A stretch of 64,000 bases of DNA from contig CAWHXD010000008.1 of NCBI GenBank assembly GCA_963833225.1, positions 960,001-1,024,000 on the forward strand, in the 5' to 3' direction. This DNA is from an uncultured Chloroflexia bacterium. Lineage in GTDB: Bacteria > Chloroflexota > Limnocylindria > Limnocylindrales > CSP1-4. The translations under genes were made by a program, and so were the position numbers. This document shows, one piece after another, positions 21,854 to 33,125 of this stretch. Below the pieces are notes generated by a model. It had not been told where the DNA came from, searched no databases, and was given only the letters and a program-made list of their open reading frames with translations. The first letter of the stretch is position 1; each line of letters begins with the position of its first letter.

Positions 21854-22327
21854 GTGATCATCGAGACCCTGCAGCGGCTCTGGAACGACCTCGTGACGTT
21901 CTCGGGCACCTTCGTGACGCCGGACTGGGGCGCCCTCATCGGCCTGCTGCCGGTCTTCCTGCTGGTCGGCGTGGTCGGTCCCCTGCTGACCCTGATCGTC
22001 CTGTACTGGCTGCGCTACGGACTCGTGCGGCCGCGGCTGCGCGTGGCCTACGCGGACACCCGCCGTCCCGCCCCGCTCGATGCGGCGGGCAACCCGGTGT
22101 TCCCGGTCGGTGAGCCGTACAGCCCGCGCGAGGGCGTCATCTACGAGCCTGGCAGCACGCGCTCGTCTTCCGGCGAGCGCCTCCTCGTCGCCTGCCCCAA
22201 GTGCTCGCTCGTCCGCTCGGCGGCCGACGACACGTGTGGCAACTGCGGCCTCACCTTCACCCTCAAGCCAACGACCCGCTCGCTGCGACCCGCAGGGCCG
22301 CCGCCGGGAGGGCGTGCCGCCGTCTGA
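21854..22327 (+). CDS. Hypothetical membrane protein with a C-terminal zinc ribbon
   Basis: N-terminal TM segments; CPKC...CGNC; leaderless TAGCAT-N6-GTG. Confidence 0.75.
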   Translation: MIIETLQRLWNDLVTFSGTFVTPDWGALIGLLPVFLLVGVVGPLLTLIVLYWLRYGLVRPRLRVAYADTRRPAPLDAAGNPVFPVGEPYSPREGVIYEPGSTRSSSGERLLVACPKCSLVRSAADDTCGNCGLTFTLKPTTRSLRPAGPPPGGRAAV

Positions 22328-22423
22328 TCGACCGGCGAGCCGGCCGCCAGGTCCGTTCGCCGACCTCCACGAGGCCGAGACGGGATCGTCCGCCCGGCCG
22401 CCAGCGTCCCGGGAAACAGCTCC

Positions 22424-23362
22424 ATGGCACAGGCATCCTCGCTCCTGTTCGTGCTCGGCGTGATCGCAATGGCGATCGGGTTTGCCGCCCACATCGGCCA
22501 CGCGGTGCTGCTCGCAAACGGCCGCCGCTCGGTGGTCTTCGTCCCCATGACCCAGCCGGCGTACGCGACGGGTGGCGTCACCGGCTCCTTCGTGACCGCC
22601 CGGGCCGCCCGCGCGCGGGCGCCGATCGACCTCGCCGCCTCCCCCACCCCGCTGTCGCGGGCGGCCACCGCGATCGCTGTCACGGCCTTCGCGCTCCTGC
22701 TTGGGTCCCTCGTCGCGCGCGGGATCGCGGTGGGTCGTGGGCCGTACGGGAACCTGTTCGAGTTCAGCGCCGCGTTCGGCACTAGTATCGTCGGCGGCTA
22801 CCTGTTCCTGGCCCGCCGCTATCCGATCCGCCAGATCGGGTTCATCCCCATGGGCGTCGCCCTGGCCATGCTGCTCTACGCGTCATCGCTCCCGTCCGAG
22901 ATCGAGCCCCTGGTGCCCGCCCTCCAGAATGCGCCCCTGCTCACCATCCACGTCGGCATGGCCGTGATCGCCTACGGGATCTTCGCGATGGCGTTCGCCG
23001 CGGGGATCGGGTATCTCGCGCAGGGCACCGGCGACCGGTTCTCGTGGCTGCCATCGCACAAGACGCTCGACGAGGTGGCCTACCGGGCGGTGATCATCGG
23101 CTTTCCGATCTTCGCCACGATGATCATCCTCGGGTCCTGGTGGGCCTCGATCGCCTGGTCCCGCTACTGGGGCTGGGACCCCAAGGAGACGGCCGCCCTG
23201 GTCACCTGGCTCGTGTACGCGATCTATCTCCACGCGCGCAACCAGCGGCGCTGGGCGGGCCGGCCGGCGGCGCTGCTGCTGGTCATCGGGTTCGGGATGG
23301 TCCTGGTCACCTACTCGGGCAGCCTGTGGTTCACGGGGCTGCACGCGTACTCGGGCCTGTAG
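22424..23362 (+). CDS. ccsB: Cytochrome c biogenesis protein CcsB/ResC (system II; CcsA in plastid nomenclature)
   Basis: P..NLFE, LVPALQ...L.IHV, WWD domain WASIAWSRYWGWDPKET, GLHAY. Confidence 0.93.
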   Translation: MAQASSLLFVLGVIAMAIGFAAHIGHAVLLANGRRSVVFVPMTQPAYATGGVTGSFVTARAARARAPIDLAASPTPLSRAATAIAVTAFALLLGSLVARGIAVGRGPYGNLFEFSAAFGTSIVGGYLFLARRYPIRQIGFIPMGVALAMLLYASSLPSEIEPLVPALQNAPLLTIHVGMAVIAYGIFAMAFAAGIGYLAQGTGDRFSWLPSHKTLDEVAYRAVIIGFPIFATMIILGSWWASIAWSRYWGWDPKETAALVTWLVYAIYLHARNQRRWAGRPAALLLVIGFGMVLVTYSGSLWFTGLHAYSGL

Positions 23363-23448
23363 GGGCCCACGGGGGTCCGTAGGGCCTCACGGGCCTGACC
23401 CCGCCGGCGCATTGCGCCGTTCCCCGATCTGACCGATCCTCTCTCGCG

Positions 23449-24066
23449 ATGCTCGACTTCATCGATCCGGATCCCATGGGAGCCCTGCTCAAGATCGGCC
23501 TGGCCATCGGGGTGGTGGTCTTGGTCGTCGTGCTGTGGTTCCAGCTCCTCCACCGGTCGCGGCGGTTTGGCGGCGGCACCCTGGCCGCCGTCACGATGCT
23601 GGCCGCGGTCGTGGCCCTGCTCGTCGCGATCACGCCCAACCTGCTGCCGTTCGAGATCGGCCTCATGGTGCTGCTGCTCGGGCTGCTGGCGATCTACCGG
23701 CCGGAGCAGGTTGTCAAGATCACCGGCGGGCCGTCGCTCCGGTACCGCGCCCTCCGGGAGGGGCGGGAGCTGCGGCTCCTCGTGCGCGAGCGGGGCGGCT
23801 GGTCGGTTGCGGGGCGCAACGAGGAGGTCCAGGAGCGGGTCGCGGAGCTCACCGCGTTCGAGGGGCCGGGGACCAAGCGGTACATCGAGCTGGTGCGGGA
23901 AACGCTGTTCGCGGATCCGGCGGCGCCGGGCGTCGCTGACCGGCTCGAGGAGCTCGCGGAGGCCGACGCGGAGCTGCGCGAATTGCTGCGGGCGCGGCCG
24001 ATGTTCGAGCGTGAGCTCGCGAAGCGGGCCGCCGCGCTCGACGGGCCGGCTACCGGCGAGGACTGA
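23449..24066 (+). CDS. Hypothetical membrane protein (3 TM plus cytoplasmic helical domain)
   Basis: Three hydrophobic segments and coding-like codon pattern. Confidence 0.7.
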   Translation: MLDFIDPDPMGALLKIGLAIGVVVLVVVLWFQLLHRSRRFGGGTLAAVTMLAAVVALLVAITPNLLPFEIGLMVLLLGLLAIYRPEQVVKITGGPSLRYRALREGRELRLLVRERGGWSVAGRNEEVQERVAELTAFEGPGTKRYIELVRETLFADPAAPGVADRLEELAEADAELRELLRARPMFERELAKRAAALDGPATGED

Positions 24067-24976
24067 AGCTCCAGCGGACCGGGACGCCGCCCCAGGCATC
24101 GAGGGCAAGATCCGCCGCCCCCTCCACGGGATCCTTGTCCAGGGCCAGCAGCCGGGCCCCGGGAGCCGCCTCGCGGACCGCGGCACGGACACGCTCCGCG
24201 AGCCACGGACAGGCATCACCGAGGCCGCCGTAGATGACCACCGCGGGTGCCGGCCCGAGATTGAGCCGTTCCACCTCCTCGCGAACCGCCTGCGTCACGC
24301 GGGAGCACCACCGGTCCACCATGCGCGCCGGGAGCGGGTCGCCACGCTCGGCGGCCCGCGCTACCGCCGCACCGAGGTGCGCGACGTCGGGTTCCGGCCT
24401 TCGAGGACGGTCGACGCGCCAGCGCACGTCCGCCTCGGCGATCGCCCGGGCCAGCGCATCGCCGACCTCGCCGCGCCGGGCCAGCGCATCGCCGATCTCG
24501 CCGCGCCGGGCGGCACGCGCGGCAAGCGCACCCAGCACGTAGCCACCGCCGAAGATCCCGTGTCCCCGGTCCGTGACCCGGCCGTCCAGCCCGCGACCGA
24601 TGACGTTGCCGCCGGTCGAGACCGGGATCGCCAGGCCCACGCCGTCCGGGGTGCCGGCGCGCAGCACGGCAAGCGTGTCGTTGACCGCGACGACGCGGGT
24701 CCCGGACAGACGAGCTTCGAGCGCCACTTCCAGCGCCCTGGCGTGCTCGGGACGATCGATCCCGGCGCCCGCGACGAACAGCAGGTCGGGTTCCGGGGTG
24801 AGCTGGTGGGCCAGCGCGGCGATCCGGTCCGCGGCGGCGGCGAGACCGTGGCGCTTGGGGTTGGCGCCCGGTCCCTCGGCTCGCCCGAGCCGGGTCCCGT
24901 CCGGCGCCACCGCGAGGGCCGCGGACCTGGTCGCGCCGGCATCGACGCCGACCAGGATGGGCGAGGAGGTGGTCAC
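24050..24976 (-). CDS. BadF/BadG/BcrA/BcrD-type sugar (GlcNAc) kinase
   Basis: VGVDAGAT, GPGAN, AG.D, VNDT, STGG; carries an in-frame 10-aa duplication. Confidence 0.82.
   Translation of the reverse strand: MTTSSPILVGVDAGATRSAALAVAPDGTRLGRAEGPGANPKRHGLAAAADRIAALAHQLTPEPDLLFVAGAGIDRPEHARALEVALEARLSGTRVVAVNDTLAVLRAGTPDGVGLAIPVSTGGNVIGRGLDGRVTDRGHGIFGGGYVLGALAARAARRGEIGDALARRGEVGDALARAIAEADVRWRVDRPRRPEPDVAHLGAAVARAAERGDPLPARMVDRWCSRVTQAVREEVERLNLGPAPAVVIYGGLGDACPWLAERVRAAVREAAPGARLLALDKDPVEGAADLALDAWGGVPVRWSFSPRR
24446..24510. repeat. 30-bp tandem duplication inside the kinase gene
   Basis: CCAGCGCATCGCCGAYCTCGCCGCGCCGGG at 24451-24480 and 24481-24510 (1 mismatch). Confidence 0.9.
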
Positions 24977-25028
24977 CCGCTGATGATCGCGGATCCGCGG
25001 CGGGCGTGGCAGTGGCCGTTCGTCGGAC

Positions 25029-25076
25029 GCGCCATCGCCCGCGCCATCGCCCACGCCATCGGCCGCGCCATCGCCC
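25029..25076. repeat. 12-bp tandem repeat x4
   Basis: GCGCCATCGCCC / GCGCCATCGCCC / ACGCCATCGGCC / GCGCCATCGCCC. Confidence 0.9.
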
Positions 25077-25138
25077 GGGCGCGCGTTGCCGCGCCTCCGC
25101 ATAAGCGCGAGGTGAGCGCCGGTCGCGATGATCCGGCC

Positions 25139-25894
25139 ATGAACAACACGCAGGTGGGCCGCGCCTTCCGGGCCGTCCGGATCCGCAAGGGCCTGCGCCA
25201 GGCAGACGTGGCGGCCGAGGCCGGTGTCTCACGCGACGCGGTCTCGCGAGTGGAGCGAGGCTCCCTCGACGGCATGACCCTCCGCCGCATCCGGGCCATC
25301 GGCGAGGCCATCGGCGTGACCCTGGATGTGACCGCGCGGTGGCGGGGCGGCGAGCTGGACCGGCTGCTGGGCCGGCGTCACTCCGCGCTCCACGACCAGG
25401 TCGCGGCACGGTTCGCGGACCTGGGCGGGTGGACGATCGCGCCCGAGGTGACGTTCTCGGTCTATGGCGAGCGAGGGGCCATCGACATCCTCGCCTGGCA
25501 CGCCGCCACCCGGACGCTGCTCGTCATCGAGCTCAAGACGGAGCTCGTGGACGTCCAGGAGATGCTCTCGACCCTGGACCGGAAGCGGCGCCTGGCGCCG
25601 AAGATCGCACGCGAGCGAGGATGGTCGCCTGCCACCGTCGCGACCTGGGTGATCCTCGCCGACAGTCGCACCAACCGCCGGCGTGTGGCTGCGCACCGGA
25701 ACGTCCTTCGGGCGGCCCTTCCCGCCGACGGCCGGACGGTGCTCCATTGGCTCCAGCATCCCTCCGGCACCGTCGCCGCCCTGTCCGTGTGGCCAGATTC
25801 CGATGGGGTGCGCACGACAGACGCAGTTGCCCCCACCCGTCGGGTCACCACCCACACCCGTCGGGTCAGCACCCAGGTGCCTCGCGAGGACTGA
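25139..25894 (+). CDS. XRE-family HTH fused to a PD-(D/E)XK nuclease-like domain
   Basis: RIRKGLRQADVAAEAGVSRDAVSRVERG HTH; EV.F...GAIDILAW...LVIELKT nuclease motif. Confidence 0.85.
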   Translation: MNNTQVGRAFRAVRIRKGLRQADVAAEAGVSRDAVSRVERGSLDGMTLRRIRAIGEAIGVTLDVTARWRGGELDRLLGRRHSALHDQVAARFADLGGWTIAPEVTFSVYGERGAIDILAWHAATRTLLVIELKTELVDVQEMLSTLDRKRRLAPKIARERGWSPATVATWVILADSRTNRRRVAAHRNVLRAALPADGRTVLHWLQHPSGTVAALSVWPDSDGVRTTDAVAPTRRVTTHTRRVSTQVPRED

Positions 25895-26091
25895 ACGGGG
25901 ATCCGGCGGGTGACCTGGCCACGTTCCGATGGTGTGCGCGTTGGGCCGCAAACACCTGGCCCAGTGCGCACACCACCTGCATATGGCCGGCCGGAAGGCG
26001 GTTCCGGCGCGATCGTGCGCATCCCACGCGAATCTGGCCGGGTCGTGGGCCGATCCCCCGCGCAACGCGCACTCCACGTGAATGTGGCCGG
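25789..26091. repeat. Five copies of a degenerate 27-bp motif (two inverted, three direct)
   Basis: Consensus RYGCGCAYnCCAynnGaAtnTGGCCRG; minus copies at 25789-25815 and 25915-25941, plus copies at 25964-25990, 26015-26041 and 26065-26091. Confidence 0.8.
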
Positions 26092-26250
26092 GTATGGAGG
26101 CCGAGTGGTGGCCGGCCGGCTTGCGGGCCGGGGATGGAGGGCAAGCGGTGGCCGGCGGGTACGCAAGCCGAGCGGTGGCCGGCCGTCTGCGGGCCGGGTG
26201 CGCAAGCCGAGCGGTGGCCGGCCGGGTACGCAAGCCGAGTGGTGGCCGGG
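26092..26250. repeat. Irregular tandem array with core CGCAAGCCGAGYGGTGGCCGG
   Basis: Three near-exact cores (about 26162, 26201, 26229) plus two degenerate upstream copies. Confidence 0.85.
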
Positions 26251-26434
26251 GATGTCGCCGACAACCCGGCGCCGGAGCGCTCCACAATAGAACGCCCGTT
26301 CTGTGGACAACCCGCCACCGGGACGTTGACAAGCCGCTCACCCACGGTGGACGGCCGGCCCGGGACCGTGGATGAGTCACCGCGGAACGTGGATCCCCGG
26401 CCCTCGGTCGGGGATGCCAGCGCAAACCGGCTAA

Positions 26435-26483
26435 CAACAACATGTTGCGATACGAACCACCATCGCACCACTACATCTTGTGG
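26435..26483. promoter_or_regulatory. Tandem NrdR boxes
   Basis: CAACAACATGTTGCGA (26435-26450) and CCACTACATCTTGTGG (26468-26483) fit the NrdR consensus acaCwAtATaTwGtgt, 33 bp apart, upstream of nrdJ. Confidence 0.85.
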
Positions 26484-26491
26484 TTTTGGGC

Positions 26492-26520
26492 TTGACCACG
26501 ACCCCACCAAGTCGTACAGT
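26492..26520 (+). promoter_or_regulatory. Sigma70-type promoter of nrdJ
   Basis: TTGACC (26492-26497), 17 bp, TACAGT (26515-26520). Confidence 0.8.
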
Positions 26521-26525
26521 CTGAC

Positions 26526-26809
26526 GGTCGCTCCGCTGCCGGACGACGCCCGGGACGCCCAACGGTACGGCCACCAGAACCGTACGCCAGACCCCCGGGC
26601 AGAGACGGCACACGAGCGGCCCGGTGGAAGGCCCGTAGCTGACGTCACCCCATCCTCGTGACGCGGGACAACCACCCGGACGGAGCTCCTGAACGCTCCG
26701 GCGACCCGCCTGGCATCCGGGTCCCGTGCGCGCCCGGAGTCCCCATCCGGGCCATCGAGCAAGAACGGCGAGGTCCCGCGGTCCGCGGGAGCGGAGGAGA
26801 CAAGAAGAA
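26526..26809 (+). ncRNA. Candidate structured 5' leader RNA of nrdJ
   Basis: Two multi-stem domains and four hairpins fill the leader, starting at the predicted +1. Confidence 0.4.
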
Positions 26810-29974
<3,165 letters not shown>

Positions 29975-29996
29975 GCCTCAACCGCCCGTAACTCAC

Positions 29997-30020
29997 AGGC
30001 CCGGGCAATTGCCCGGGCCT
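29997..30020. terminator. Perfect 24-bp palindrome after nrdJ (terminator-like)
   Basis: AGGCCCGGGCAATTGCCCGGGCCT, 22 nt after the nrdJ stop. Confidence 0.65.
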
Positions 30021-30258
30021 CTCGATTTACGTCACGAAGCCCGGCAGACGCGTCCCCGTTGTGGGCATGCACACTGCGCAGCGGGCTGCGGCGAGCCCGC
30101 ACAGCGCGGATGCCGGGCTATTCCCGTCGGTGGACGGTGACGCCGGCAGCGCGATCCGCTTCGACGCGTGCGCGGGACGACTCGGTTTCCGGGTCCGATG
30201 GGACGCCCCCGAGTGCGGAGCGCCAGTCATCCCGGATGGGGTCATACATGATCCCCTC

Positions 30259-31653
30259 CTAGCCATCCGGCAAAGAGGCGTCTCCGAACGTCCGCTCGGC
30301 GGACGACGAGAAGGGCGGCGGTTCGGGCGTGGCCTCGTCGGTCGCGTCGCCCGGCGCCGGCAACCGCGGGGCCGAAGCCGACCAGGCCCGAAGGTGCTGG
30401 ACAGTGCTCCGGTAGAAGTCGGACGCCTGGTTCTTGGACTCCAGGACGAACGAGCCCGCGCCGCGTCCGCGCTTCGCACCGACCTCCTTGGCCTGGCTGA
30501 CCCGGAACAACTTCGGTTCGCGCTTGGCATCAGCCGGCAGCAGCAGCTTGTCCGGCTTCTCGCGAACGTCCTTGAGGAGATGTGCCACGGACTCTCGCGC
30601 GTTCGGGTAGCGGACCCCGACGCGCGTGGTGTCGGGAGCTTCCTTGAGCTGGCGCAGTAGCCACGCGATGCGGGTCTTCGCCCTGCCCTCGCGAGGCGCC
30701 GGGACCTCAACCGCCGTCGTGAACAGCCGCGCCCGAAGGTCGGCCTCGAGGTCAATCGACGCCACAGCACCGGGCACGCGGATCGCCGCGATCAGCTTGC
30801 CGTCATCGACCAGGGCGCGAATGCCGGCATCGAGTCGAGCCGCCGGATCCAGCTTCTTCGGCCACACCGGCTCAACTTCCTGGCCGAGATCCTGGGTCAG
30901 GCCGAGGGCCAGGTATTGGACGAACTGCTCCCACCGCGCCGCGACCTGCCTCACCCCCGGATCCGATGCCCGGAGCGTCTTGGTTCGGGCCCCATCGCGC
31001 ACGGCAACCCACTTGTCGCCCATGTCCTCGAAACCCCCCGCCCCCGCCTTCTCGTGGTCGAGGTAGGCGATCAACTCACCGAGAATCCACGCCTGGTCCG
31101 GATCGGAGATCCCACGATGCTTGTGCTGGACCCGGGCAACCGTCATGACCTGCCACCAGGACAGATGCCGGAGGGCCACCTTCTTCAGACGACGCGGATC
31201 GACCGCGACCGGAACTTCGGCCGGTGAGGCGGTGATCTGGTTGGAGATCGTCAGGACCGCGTCGAACCCGTTGGCTCGCGCGAGATCGACGTAGCGAGTC
31301 ACCTGCTCGGCGCGCAGTTCGGCCCCGCCCGTCTTGACTTCCAGCAGGCAGACCCAGCGCTTCTTGCCCCACTCGACAACGACCGCCCCGTCGGGGATCG
31401 AGAGCTTGCCGTCCCCTTCCGGGAACCGGATCTCCGTGAACGTCGAGATTCGACCGGCCGGAGCGCCGGCGTGGATGAGCAGTGCCCGGCCAAACTGCGG
31501 CACCGCCTTCATCACGGCGAGCAGTGAGGACGTCGCGCGCTGCTCCTGTTCGCCCTGGCCCCCGATCCCGGTCGTCGGGATCAGCCGGGCCGTGCGCCAG
31601 GCCTCTTCCGGCCTCGACATCCCCTTCGGCGCGGTGGGCTTTCCTGCGACCAT
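30259..31653 (-). CDS. PD-(D/E)XK nuclease-domain protein (family often labelled stress-response / TerD-associated)
   Basis: ARLIPT.GI....EQE.RATS.LLAV N-terminus; TEIRF...IPDG...LLEVKTG...Q..RY nuclease motif. Confidence 0.75.
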   Translation of the reverse strand: MVAGKPTAPKGMSRPEEAWRTARLIPTTGIGGQGEQEQRATSSLLAVMKAVPQFGRALLIHAGAPAGRISTFTEIRFPEGDGKLSIPDGAVVVEWGKKRWVCLLEVKTGGAELRAEQVTRYVDLARANGFDAVLTISNQITASPAEVPVAVDPRRLKKVALRHLSWWQVMTVARVQHKHRGISDPDQAWILGELIAYLDHEKAGAGGFEDMGDKWVAVRDGARTKTLRASDPGVRQVAARWEQFVQYLALGLTQDLGQEVEPVWPKKLDPAARLDAGIRALVDDGKLIAAIRVPGAVASIDLEADLRARLFTTAVEVPAPREGRAKTRIAWLLRQLKEAPDTTRVGVRYPNARESVAHLLKDVREKPDKLLLPADAKREPKLFRVSQAKEVGAKRGRGAGSFVLESKNQASDFYRSTVQHLRAWSASAPRLPAPGDATDEATPEPPPFSSSAERTFGDASLPDG

Positions 31654-31746
31654 CTCCGGTCCCCCAGTCGACTGCGGTTTGACTGATCATAGACACCGAC
31701 CGGCAGGGCGAACGTGGCTCACGACAGCCATGGGGGCGTCAGCGGC

Positions 31747-32649
31747 ATGAATGACGAGGTCAACTCAACGCTCACTTGCTCCAGGTGCGGGTCCCCGATG
31801 GTCAGGGCAACCGCGAAGAGCGGCCCGCGGATCGGACAGCCGTTGTGGCGTTGCAGCGACTTCTCGTGTCCGATGCTCATCAATATCGACGAGAGCGAAG
31901 CGACTCCACGGGCACCGGTCGCGGGGGAGTCCGCACAGGCACGGTTCGAACGCGAGCGGCTCGCCAGAACCGAGCGCGCCCGCCGGCTGGCTCCCCTCCT
32001 CGCGGCAGTGGCGGTGCTGCTCGCGGCCGGTGCCTTCTTCGTCGGGGTGGAAATCGCCGGCGATCTTCGGATCGCCGCCATCGCCCCGCTGGCGGTCATC
32101 GGCGCCTTCCTCTGGCTCGTCAATCGGCTCCCACCCGAGGTCATCTACTGGGGCCACGGCGCGGAGGGCGAGCGGCGGGTCGGTGCCAGGCTGGACAGCT
32201 TGGAGCCTGCCGGCTTCGTCACGCTCTACGACCGCCGGATCATCGGGCGTGGCGGCAACATCGACGCCGTCACGGTCGGGCCGACCGGCGTCTACGTCGT
32301 GGAGACCAAGTGGCGAAGCCGGAGCGTGGAGGTGATCAACGGTCGCCTCGATGTCGGCGGCCGGCCGCAGCCCGACTCGATCCACCAGGTGACCGATCTG
32401 GCGCTGCACGTCCAGGTGAGCGTTGCCCAGGTGATGAACCGGCATCGCCTGACCGTTGTGCCCGTGCTGTGCATCGCGAACCGGAACGTCGAAGGCGGTG
32501 AACGGGTCGGCGGCGTCCTCATCGCGAGCGAAGGGACGATCGCCAAGCGGCTGGCATCCGAGCCGCTCGTGCTGACGGCGAAAGAGGTCCAGGAGCTGGT
32601 CCGGCTGCTCGATCAGGCGCTGCCGCCGTTCGAGCGGCGCGCTGGGTGA
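31747..32649 (+). CDS. Zn ribbon plus 2 TM plus NERD nuclease-domain protein
   Basis: CSRCG.PMV.....G....W.CSDFSC (topoisomerase C4-type), two TM helices, GAEGE.RV...L, NIDAVTVGPTGVYVVETK. Confidence 0.85.
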   Translation: MNDEVNSTLTCSRCGSPMVRATAKSGPRIGQPLWRCSDFSCPMLINIDESEATPRAPVAGESAQARFERERLARTERARRLAPLLAAVAVLLAAGAFFVGVEIAGDLRIAAIAPLAVIGAFLWLVNRLPPEVIYWGHGAEGERRVGARLDSLEPAGFVTLYDRRIIGRGGNIDAVTVGPTGVYVVETKWRSRSVEVINGRLDVGGRPQPDSIHQVTDLALHVQVSVAQVMNRHRLTVVPVLCIANRNVEGGERVGGVLIASEGTIAKRLASEPLVLTAKEVQELVRLLDQALPPFERRAG

Positions 32650-32832
32650 CGGTGGATCGCGTCAGGGGTCGGACGAGCGGGACGACTCGCCCGGCGGTGG
32701 TGTCTCAGTTTGGGGATGCGCCACCGAAGGTCACAGAGCGGCAACGAAGTACGGATGTTTGCCCGTCAGTCCAGCAGCCCCCGTGGGGTCGCGCCCGCCC
32801 CGTGTCGCAAGCCCGCGGCGACCAGCACTGCG

Positions 32833-32867
32833 GGTAGACATCTACCTTGATCTGATACCTTTCTACC
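32833..32867 (+). promoter_or_regulatory. vapBC operator/promoter
   Basis: Inverted repeat GGTAGA-CA-TCTACC (32833-32846), -10 TACCTT (32856-32861), a third TCTACC half-site abutting ATG 32868. Confidence 0.65.
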
Positions 32868-33125
32868 ATGGGTCTGAACATCAAGAACGCGGACACCCAC
32901 CGGCTGATCCACGAGCTCGCGGAGCTCACCGGCGAGTCGATGACGACAGCGGTCACCGTGGCCGTGCAGGACCGGCTCGCGCGCATCCGCCAGTCGGATC
33001 CTGGGGTCGGAATGGCGGACCGCCTGCACGAGATCGCGACCGACATGCGGGCGCGGCTGCCCGAGGACTTCCTCGCGGCCGATCCCGCCAGCGACCTCTA
33101 TGACCGCGACGGACTGCCCACGTGA
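32868..33125 (+). CDS. vapB: VapB antitoxin (Rv0623-like RHH)
   Basis: LNIKN......ELA..TGES.T.AV...LYD.DGLP. Confidence 0.9.
   Translation: MGLNIKNADTHRLIHELAELTGESMTTAVTVAVQDRLARIRQSDPGVGMADRLHEIATDMRARLPEDFLAADPASDLYDRDGLPT

Noticed and set aside
23567-25894. 775-aa ORF-track protein
   Set aside because: The first roughly 520 aa are shadow frame over two real genes; the real CDS starts at ATG 25139.
25915-26250. CRISPR array
   Set aside because: Repeats are degenerate, occur in both orientations, spacers are short or irregular, and there are no cas genes.
26526-26809. Cobalamin riboswitch before nrdJ
   Set aside because: No B12-box or GGGAA...ACTG core recognised; retained only as an unclassified structured leader.
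30038-30119. ncRNA in the long hairpin after nrdJ (AGCCCGGCA/TGCCGGGCT)
   Set aside because: No promoter or recognisable motif; plausible by chance at this GC content or part of a convergent terminator region.
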